Below, piece after piece: positions 54,710 through 64,000 of a stretch of DNA of 64,000 bases; within the stretch, counting starts at the first letter, position 1; every line of letters starts with the position of its first letter. The notes under the pieces were generated by a model that worked only from the letters and a program-made list of their open reading frames with translations, ran no database searches and was not told where the DNA came from. A program made the position numbers and the translations under genes. The stretch comes from Octopus vulgaris (lineage: Eukaryota): contig OX597815.1 of the NCBI GenBank assembly GCA_951406725.2, positions 62,001 to 126,000 on the forward strand. The letters run 5' to 3'.

Positions 54710-55299
54710 CTTTAGGGTTTGTCTTTATATTTTTGACAGCCCTAGCTACTTTTTGTGCCCTCTTCTTTTCATGGGAGTGTTTGAGTTCATTTTCAATTTT
54801 AAGCAATGTTTGTTATAGATAGAATCCTTTGCTATCCTTTAGTGGCTCATTTAGACAGTTTAAGATTTTTGCTTGTCATCTCATTAGAATCCCCTGTCCC
54901 TGGGAAATATATTTGTATTGTATGTCCTGTACTGTTATGTTCATGATTGTCATACAGCTTGATGTATTGGTGAACAGTCAACAGCATTGGAGGGCATAAA
55001 GATTAAAGTTGTAATTGAGAAAAAGCCATCTGGATATTGTAAAAGATTTACCTGTATCATAATGATTTCTACTGGGTATCAAAATGCTGACATCAAGACG
55101 ACAACTCAATGCTCTATGAACATTGTGATGACTGTAGGGCATGACATGGCCAGCAAAGAAGCTCCTGAACAAGCTAAGGCAACCTGTTGAATTTTTCAGA
55201 TGAGAAGACCTTCTGCAAGGACCAGTTGCAAAACACTCAAAACAACAAGTGGCTTGTCTACAATTCATATATGTCCAACATGTCATGAAAACCAAGTTA

Positions 55300-55829
55300 G
55301 CCTAAACTGTCTCTGGTGAGGTTGACATCATTCTGCCCCACATCTTTAAAGGGCCTTAGGATATGTGAAGCTGCTGGTGACTGTGGTCGATCCCTGGCTG
55401 GAGAGGATTGCAGCAGCATGATTCAGATCTCCTTTCCATACCTCCAGAGAGAGCCAGAAGTGGTTGTAGGAAAATTTCTACAACTTCACCAGCCCCAACT
55501 TCTGGCCTCCTATAATCCCATGTATTACTATGTGTCGGGCACAGTTGAGAAAGACGCTGTCTGTGACACCAAAGCCAAATTGGTGGCCAAAATCAGGGAG
55601 GTGTTCAAAGATCTTCCCAGGGACAAAGTGAGGAATGCATGTGCCAGGTTCTGGAGTGGTCTTGAGACCATGGTGGAAGCTGAGGGCAGCTTCTTTGAAT
55701 AAACTGTTATCCCCCAGCCATAATCTAGTTGATATTTTTTGAGGTTTTAAAATACTTTTATTTTCGGATGGAATATTGTGTTTTCTTTTCCTTCTGTGCA
55801 AACTTTCAAATTCAGCCCAAACATCTTGC
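55300..55829 (+). mobile_element. maT/DD37D-like transposon 3' remnant
   Basis: FWPP..NPMYYYVSG...VRNACARFWSGLETMVEAEGSFFE*. Confidence 0.7.
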
Positions 55830-55867
55830 ATATATACATTTGTGTGTGTGTGTGTAGTGTGTGTGTG

Positions 55868-55912
<45 letters not shown>

Positions 55913-56636
55913 ATGTATATATATATATATATATACACCTATATGTGCATGTGTGTGTATGTGTGTATATATATGTGCATGTGTGTGTATGTGTGTATAT
56001 ATATGTGCATGTGTATATATGTGTTATGTGTGTGTACATGTATGTGTATGTGTCTGTATATATATGTATATATGACCCGCGATGAGAGCTCTGCTACTGT
56101 CTTTCTGACCTGGCTTCCTTCAAGTGTGGATGGCTTTCCTGTCTCTCTCTTGCCGTCCTCAAAAGCATTCATAATATTTTTTCTTTCGTTCTGGCTTAAC
56201 AGCTCTCAATGTTTGTGTTACTGTTATTCTCCTTGTCCTGTCCTTTACTGTTTATATTTTGTACTGTCTTTACTGTTCTGTTTTTGTTACCATTTTTACC
56301 CCTCCGCAAAAAAATCTCAAATTTTATTTAATTTGCTTTTCGCGGGAAGGAATGTGTCATTAAAGTCGTGTCTCGCCTTGACCTTCGAAATGCAGAGTAG
56401 ATGAAACAGAGGCGACTGAAGAAGGGGAATTTTCCTTGTATTGTATGTCCTGTACTCTATTTTTTCGTTGTTTAAGAAAAATGTCCATTTCCTTGGTTTT
56501 GTGTTTATGTTTTCGTTTCTCATTGTGTTCAACGTTTTTTTGGTGTCCTGTACCCATATATGCATGTATATATACATGTAGAGGTAGGTACGTACATATA
56601 TGTATGTATATATGCATATGTTTTATTTTATTAATT

Positions 56637-56667
<31 letters not shown>

Positions 56668-57258
56668 CCTTTATAAATCTGACGCATTCTGCATCTAAAA
56701 AATCAATAATACCATGAAGGCTGCTGTAATTAGGTGCCTCGTTAAGCAACACAACATCTGCAGTGCAATATGACCTCACTGCATGAAGCAGTGCCTTATT
56801 CACTTGACCAGTTTCCTTCATACTCACACACACACAGCTTCTTTTACATGCATACACCCATAGATGCTCTATCTAGTTTGCTTTCTTTCTATATAAATGA
56901 CATCCAAACTAGCTATCTGTGCGTGTGTGTGTGTGTGTAGATATGCAGGAATGAGGAAACCTTGAGAGAATGTGAAATATTTAATTTGAAATGGTTGTAC
57001 TTGAAGTAGAGAAACTATAAAGAATAGCAGTAAATATTGGGTTAAAAACCCTTTAAAACCCACAATTTCTGTAAACATGCTTTGGTGCAATGGGGGAATA
57101 TCAGTCTTGTTTACAGAAGATGAGGTTTTCAATCCCATGTGAAGCCTTCAACTTTTTCTATCCAAAGGAGTTTTTAACCACAATATTTACATGCAACTTC
57201 ACTACTTCAAGTTCAACTGTTTAAATGAAATACACAAATCCAGCCATCCAACTGTGCA

Positions 57259-57822
57259 CAGTAATGCCTCAGTATATGAGTTAATTTGTTCCCGGAGACC
57301 ACTTGTAACGTGAAAACTCTTTAAAGCAGAGCAATAATTTCCCATAGTAGCAATGTTATAAATCATAATTTGTTCTCTCAAAAAATATTTTACCTATAAA
57401 ATTTATAATACTCGTAAATAAATAGCAATAAAACAACAGTAGAATATAAAGAATATTTCATATAAAGTAAAAAGAGTGTCAAGATAATTTATGATAAAAA
57501 AATATTATTAATTATAATCGTTTTCTGAATCACTTTCACTTGGACTAGACTCGTGCACACCATCACTTGTAGATGTGATCACCAATTCACAAGCACTCGT
57601 AGACGGACTTGGAGATTTCTTTTTAAAAAAACAAGTCTAGAGTTATTTGCTTAGAAGAAGCTTTTTTTCACTCTCTATAAATTTCTCAGTAACACGCAGA
57701 AGCATTTGTTATGGTAGTAGAAACTTTTGTGCTTCGTTTAAAATTTGGATCTTGTGCTTGAAAAATAAAACTCATAAACCAGGGTTTCATAAAGCGGGTC
57801 CTTGTAAAGTGAAGTACTACTG
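57259..57822 (-). mobile_element. Tigger/pogo-like deletion derivative
   Basis: TIR-like CAGTAATGCCTC ... GAAGTACTACTG|TA. Minus strand DPNFKRSTKV...NASACY*EIYRE..KQITLDLFFK resembles the Tigger transposase C-terminus. Confidence 0.75.
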
Positions 57823-57884
57823 TATTTATCTATTTATCCATCTTTCTCCTCCTTCCTATCTTCCTTCTTTTCTTTTCTTCTTTC

Positions 57885-58266
57885 CTTTCTTTTCTTTTAC
57901 TTGTTTTAGTCATTAGATTGCGGCTATGCTGGAGCACCACTTTCAGGAAATTTAGGTAAATGGATTCAGTACTTATTTTTGTTTTTAAGCCCGGTACTTA
58001 TTCTTTTGGTCCCTTTTGCTGAACCACTATGTTATGTGGATGTAAACACTCCAACACCAGTTGTTAAGAAGTGGTGGGGGACAAACAGTGACACACACAC
58101 ATAAAACAGGCTTATTTCAGTTTTCAGATCCACTCACAAGGCTTTGGTCAGCTCAAGGCTATAGTAGAAGACACTTGTCCAAGGTGCTATGTGCATGCAG
58201 TGAGACTAAACCCCAAACCATGTGGTTGGGAAGCAAACTTCTAACCACACAGCCATGCCTGCACCT
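57885..58266 (-). mobile_element. SINE family A, directly followed by a family-B copy at 58276-58500 (-)
   Basis: Head, body and tail align with the other copies. Confidence 0.82.
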
Positions 58267-58676
58267 ATATATATATCATCATCATCATCATCATCACTGT
58301 TTAATGTCCGCTTTCCATGCTGGCATGGGTTGGATGGTTTGACTGGGACTGGCAAACCAACAGGCCGCACCAGGCTCCAATCTGATCTGCTGGATGCCCT
58401 TCCTAATGCCAACCACTCCGAGAGTCTAGTGGGTGCTTTTTACATGCCACCAGCATGGGAGCCAGACAGGTGGCACTGGCAACGACCCATGTATGACTGG
58501 TGCTTATTGAATGCCATCAATGTAAAAGAAGAGAAATGGAATATGCTGTTGAAGTTGGTGTTTAAAAGGAGACAGTGAATGTGAGAGAAAGAGAAAGGGA
58601 AATTAATGTAAAAGAAGAGAAGGATATCTGAAGGATATAAAATAGGAAATGTATGGTTGTTATTGTTGTTGATATT

Positions 58677-58708
<32 letters not shown>

Positions 58709-58711
58709 GTA

Positions 58712-58890
58712 GGTGGTGAGCTGGCTGAATCGTTAGCACATTGGGCAAAATGCTTGGCAACATTTTGTCCATCTCCATGTTCTGAGTTCAAATTCTGCTG
58801 AGGTTGATTTTGCCTTTCATCCTTTCTGGGTTGATAAATTAAGTACCAGTATAACACTGGGTTCAATGTAATCCCCTCCCCCCAAATTGT
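58712..58890 (+). mobile_element. tRNA-derived SINE family C
   Basis: GGTGAGCTGGCTGAATCGTTAGCA head, GAGTTCAAATTC B-box and TGCCTTTCATCCTTTC.GGGTTGATAAATTAAGTACCAG central block. Confidence 0.82.
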
Positions 58891-59129
58891 AGCGGGCTGG
58901 ATGTAGAATGTGATATCAGGTCGATATGATGCAGCCCACTGCCAAATGTAGCATGTAGAAGTAACACTTGAAGGTTCTCGCGTCGGAGGAACCAGTAAGC
59001 ATCGAAGAATCAACACCAAGAAGGAAGAAATATTATTTACATACATTTATTACTTTGTAGTTTGCCCGTCCAACCCATACTAGCATGGAAAGCGGATGTT
59101 TTAAACGATGATGATGATGATGATGATGT

Positions 59130-60483
59130 TGATAAAGAGACAATAGTAACTGTAATGGTAGTGTAGAGAAAGGTCATCTGTCAGTAGAGAGCGGGCGATG
59201 GGTAAAATGTTGCCGTTTTGTATTTTTAATTTTGCACGTTTGTTTTTGATTTTGTCAACTACACAGTATAGTAGGGTCAGTCGGGCACAATCTGTGAGAA
59301 AAACAGCACCATGACGCAATTCACTCTGCCAGAAATTTGGAAACAACATGCTGTATTGCCTGGCATTCATGCCAGAAGCTCCAATACGAACATTTCAGGG
59401 TGTTTGGGTGTCAGTCTGAGGACATGTTCTGCCAGTATAATCAAACATTCAGTCAACATCATGGCGTTTGGAGTGATCACTAGTGATGGCGACATTATGC
59501 CTCCATTCATCTTCTCACACAGCCTCACACTCAACACGGAGGCCTACATCGAGTACCTGGAGGAAGTAGTGCTGCTCTGGGTTAAAAGGGTGGCTGCTGG
59601 AAGACCTTGTCTGGTAACAGGACACTGCACCATATCACACAAGCAGGGGAACCCAGTCATAGCTGTCAGACAAATTTTGCGACCATGTCACCCCTAACTG
59701 TAACTCCCCAGACTGCAATCCCCTTGATTATTATGTGTGGGGAGCAATTGAGCGAGAGATCAACAAAACTCCTTGTAACACCAAAGATGAACTGAAGGCA
59801 AGGATTATGGCAGCATTCACCAACTTAAACAAAGAGACCATCCAAAAGAGTTGCAGAAGATTCCAAAGTCATCTGGAGGCCATGGTTGAAGCCAATGTCA
59901 ATTTTATTGAATAAATTTACTCTTTAGTATTTCAAGATATTTTTATGTCATTTTGTTAAATCATCATCATCATCATCATCGTTTAGCGTCCGCTTTCCAT
60001 GCTGGCATGGGTTGGACGGTGCAACTGGGGCCTGGGAAGCCAGAAGGATGCACCAGGCCCAGCCTGATCTGGCAATGTTTCTACGACTGGATGCCCTTCC
60101 TAACGCCAACCACTCCATGAGGGTAGTGGGTGCTTTTTACGTGCCACTGGCACAGGTGCCAGATGAGGCTGGCAAACGGCCACGATCGGATGGTGCTTTT
60201 TACGTGCCACCGGCACGGAAGCCAGTCGGGGCAGCGCTGGTAACGGCCATATTTGGATCGTTCTCTTATGTGCCACCGGCACTGGTATCACAGCTACAAT
60301 TTCCATTGATGTTGATTGATTTTGATTTTTGATTTTGATTTTGATTTTGATTTTCACTTGCCTCAACAGGTCTTCACAAGTAGAGTTTTGTGTCCCAAGA
60401 AGGAAATATATTTGTTAAAATGAGATGTCAGTATTATTTAAATTTTTGTGTAATTTAGGCAACAGTTTATTCACTGCACCCTG
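59130..60483 (+). mobile_element. maT/DD37D-like transposon remnant with a nested SINE B (59961-60404, -)
   Basis: KHSVNIMAFGVITSDGDIMPPFIF..LNTEAYIEYLEEVVL, NPLDYYVWG and 3' TIR TTATTCACTGCACCCTG|TA. Confidence 0.85.
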
Positions 60484-61061
60484 TATATATACCCAAAGTT
60501 AGGAAATGGAGTAGATAAAATCCAAGCTACATGTTTCATATGTATCAGAACCTCAGAAGTAGTAATTACCTAAATGAGGGGTAGATCGTAAGCTCCTCTT
60601 CAGGCCAAGGATACCTTGATTACATGAAGTTTACATTATTGTTAGGAGATCCCAGATATTTATTCGCATATACTGCAACCCCAGTTGCTAAACACAAACT
60701 ATAAAATAATCATTTTTTAGCTTATCATGCTCTAATACGGGAAAAATTCACAGTCTCCTGTGCCAATAAACCACTACTGTTCTTGAAAGTTCTTTTTTTT
60801 ATCTTTTACAAACTACTTGAAGCTCACTAACTTCCCACACCTTGATCTTTGGATCTTACTTTTACACACACACACTGTACTTTAAAGATATTGTTGTTCC
60901 CTCTCAGTGAAAGAAATTCCAGTCCTCCTCTCCTCTGCTGCTGATTGGCTGGTGAGCAGTCAAGAATTATATCTAAATCTGTAAAAATAGTTGGTCCAAT
61001 ATGCAAGATAGCATAGATTAAAACATGCACGTGCACGCGCACGCACGCACACACACACACG

Positions 61062-61094
<33 letters not shown>

Positions 61095-61121
61095 ACATGC
61101 ACACGCACACACACACACTTC

Positions 61122-61360
61122 ACTGGATGTGCCATGTTAGTGTGCAATGAATGGCAAAGTATAAATGAATTGTGAAAGAAATCGAGTCTAAGAGGAATCA
61201 GGTGTAGCATGCAAAGAAAGGGGACAGTACAAGGAAGGGCAAGTGATGTGAATGGAAGAGGACAGTTACATAAGCAAGTGCTGAGCATTCAAAGTGAATG
61301 GTACCTGTGGAAGATGGAGTCCAAGGAAGATTTGGGATGAGATAGTAAACAATGATCTCT
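61122..61360 (+). mobile_element. decayed RTE fragment
   Basis: LRGIRCSMQRK and VNGTCGRWSPRKIWDEIV. Confidence 0.65.
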
Positions 61361-62179
61361 TATCCTCCCTCTGCCAACTTATCATCCTTACTATCCTGTT
61401 GCTCTCACTCTGGTCCCTTCTGCATCTCTCGGCCTTTCCCATGCATCATTGGTCACCCCTCCCATTCCTTATCCACCCTTTGACCCCTACCCAATCTTTA
61501 TAGTTGTTGCCTACTTCCGCTCCCTTCTTAAAGAAGTCTTGTTCTCCCATATACTCTGGCAATCTCCACCCATTTGTGCTCCTTAATTCCTCTTCCCTAC
61601 TTTCTTCTCCACACATCCTACCTTGAGGGACCACCTAGATACCTTGTTGCTCTACTGATCATTCTCACCTTTCTTTCTAAAGGCAAATAGCCATGTAACT
61701 CCTCAACAACAACATGCTCTGTCTCCCCTCTTCTCTCATACTTTAACCTCACCCCCACCCCCTAGCAGAAAACTGGTGTTGGTAAGTTTACATCCTCTGA
61801 CTTAGCAGTTCAGCAAAAGAGACTGATAGAATAAATATGAGGTTTAAAAAAGTAAGTGCTGGGGTTTATTCATTCAACTTAAATTCTTAAAGGTGATGCC
61901 CCAGCATGGCCAAAGTCAAATGAGTGAAACAAGTAAAAGATAAACGACGAAATATATGTCTAAACTGAAATCTTCCATTTTGGACCTTTTATGTTCCATA
62001 TGTAATTTAAAGGATGAAAAATTTAGATATTTTCCTAAATCTCTTCAGAATTTTTCATTATTTTCTAAATGAATTAAAACATAGAGCCTGTTTTTAATTA
62101 GGAATATAGTTATGGAAGGGTTAATGCATGTCTTATAGATTCCAGGAGAAACATTATTTATTTTTCTTTCCATTTTCAG

Positions 62180-62265
62180 TTTGAGTCATCTGATGACTTG
62201 TTATAGAATCTGATTTGCTCTCAGTGACGTTTCCACCAAAACTGGACCAGATTAATATCATTGAG
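62180..62265 (+). other. candidate 86-nt non-coding (5'UTR or lncRNA) exon
   Basis: Acceptor TTTTTCTTTCCATTTTCAG| and donor GAG|GTAAGA. Stops occur in all three frames. Confidence 0.5.
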
Positions 62266-62275
62266 GTAAGATTAA

Positions 62276-62496
62276 TCCTTTAGCAGTTGGATTACTCTGT
62301 CAAATGTAATGCTTATTTATACACATTGTTTGGAATTAATCAGACCTGATCTTATAGCTTTGAGATTTCAATGATGTGATTGTTTATTATTAGAATGACA
62401 TTGTAGGGTAAGTGTAAGAGGCTTAATCTGGCCAGGTTGAACATAAACAGAGGTCAGATATTTGGGTCAAATATGCCCTATTTAAATGCTAAAGGG
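62276..62496. mobile_element. piggyBac-type MITE with TTAA TSD
   Basis: TTAA|TCCTTTAGCA ... TGCTAAAGGG|TTAA. Same family as 35907-36125. Confidence 0.88.
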
Positions 62497-62982
62497 TTAA
62501 TATTTTCATTAATTTCCTCATACCTATAGGATGGTTTAAATGTTAATGAGTTGCAAGTTAATGAAACACTCATTTTTGTGTGCACTGATATAAGGCTGAG
62601 CTACACTTACCCATTGTGCTTATTGCATACATGGCTTATTTCACTGATTTGTTGACAATAGGTACCCAGTCAGTTGAGTGTGTTACCTCAGGTAAATTGG
62701 TCTCTTAGCTAAGGAATATTTTTCCTTCGTTTGTTTAAATGGATTAAAAAATTAGAATTAATTGAAAGCTCCTTCATGATCAAAAGACATCTTCTATGTC
62801 TATGTCCTGGTTGAATTAGGATTAAAAGTATCTTCATCAAGGAGATGGTGTAATGGTGATGAACACAAACCATCAAACAGGTTCAGCTTGGTAACAGTTG
62901 CTCTTTTAACACTACAGTAGGATGGCTGCACTAGTCTGAAGCAGTTCCAGAAGTTTTTTTAATACTTTCTCAAGATCTAGAG

Positions 62983-63293
62983 CAGTGACTCTCAACCATA
63001 TGAACTCCTTTGATTTCTATTTTATTCTGGTGGGCCCCCATAACCATTTAATGTTTAAAATCATGTTTCATAAATACTTCTTTCAAAATTACTATTTTTT
63101 TTTTCACACATTAACTTGTGTAGGTAAAGCTATGTAAAACATTTAAGAAAGAAATTTAGCTGTTTCTTGCAATAAACACATCCGATTCAAAACTTTTTGA
63201 TGGACCCTTAATATACTATTGTAGGTTCCCAATTTACTATCTTGCTTGAGTGGACCTCCAAAAATCATATATGAACCCAGTTGAAAACCACTG
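62983..63293. mobile_element. hAT (Buster/Charlie-type) MITE
   Basis: TIRs CAGTGACTCTCAAC / GTTGAAAACCACTG, with 8-bp TSD ATCTAGAG / ATCTTGAG (7/8). Confidence 0.88.
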
Positions 63294-63793
63294 ATCTTGA
63301 GAAAGACTTTAGTCTAGCAAGCTCTGCAGGCTAGGAAAACTCCAATAAATTATAAAGTGCTTCGAGTGTTTAAGAGTGAACTATAATTATTTACAATTAG
63401 ATTGGAGTTTTGTGTGTTAAAGCCAACAGAATAGTCTTGGGGATGTAATACCGAATGGTATCAATTAGCTGTATGTTTTAGTTGAAATGAAAAATGTCTA
63501 TGAGCTAGGAGCAAATGAGCAGATTACAGGCCAACAACAGAGTTTCTATGTAGTCACTGGAACTGCCAGAAACAACAGCATAAACTGTCTCAAATTACAC
63601 TGTATCATCTTTAAGGACACACAATATCTAAAAGAAGGTTAGAATGGTCATGGATCATCATGGAATGATCATATGATCATCTTTAATCATAGGTCTGGCC
63701 TAAAGAGGAATCAGATGTGGTATGCAGGAAAGAGGACTGCATTGTTATGAACTTGTGGTGCATATGGATGAAGACAGCCAATTGCTTAACATA

Positions 63794-64000
63794 ATCAAAT
63801 GGAAATTGTAGTTGTGGCCATTACCAGTGCTGGTGGCACATGATAAGCACCATTCATTCATGCGTGGGTCACTGCCTGACTGGCTCCCTGTGCCAGGGGT
63901 ACGTAAAAAGTACCCACTACACTCTTGGAGTGGTTGGCATTAGGAAAGGCATCCAGCTGTAGAAACATTGCCAGATCAAGATTGGAGCCTGTGCAGCCTC
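63794..64000 (+). mobile_element. SINE family B (runs off the window)
   Basis: ATCAAATGGAAATTGTAGTTGTG...GGTTGGCATTAGGAAAGGCATCCAGCTGTAGAAAC. Confidence 0.82.

Noticed and set aside
56364-56440. GTC-TCGCCT...AGGCGA-CTGAAGA-stem as a possible type III hammerhead
   Set aside because: The second core reads GTAT instead of GAAA, and a partial homolog at about 54900 also has GTAT, so support is insufficient.

Overview
AT-rich eukaryotic genomic DNA with no recognisable host protein-coding exon. The repeat repertoire and giant (TA)n/(CA)n tracts suggest a cephalopod, probably octopus (inference, not checked against a database). The window is a mosaic of transposons: one young 5'-truncated CR1/L2-group LINE with an open 518-aa RT ORF; decayed CR1, RTE, L1/Tx1, Gypsy and Penelope pieces; Tc1, mariner, maT, Tigger, hAT-Buster and piggyBac-type DNA elements and MITEs; two non-autonomous Helitrons; and several SINE families. 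It may lie largely within a long 5' intron of a + strand gene, with a candidate promoter/first exon at 6.3-6.9 kb and a clean non-coding exon at 62180-62265. The most notable observations are a head-to-head Helitron pair forming a 1.3-kb fold-back, a three-segment hairpin at 41.7-42.0 kb, several degenerate hammerhead-ribozyme motifs, a LINE-SINE shared 3' stem-loop with a compensatory base change, and a tandem Pbx/Hox+Meis-like motif array. All calls were made by eye, and boundaries of decayed elements are approximate.
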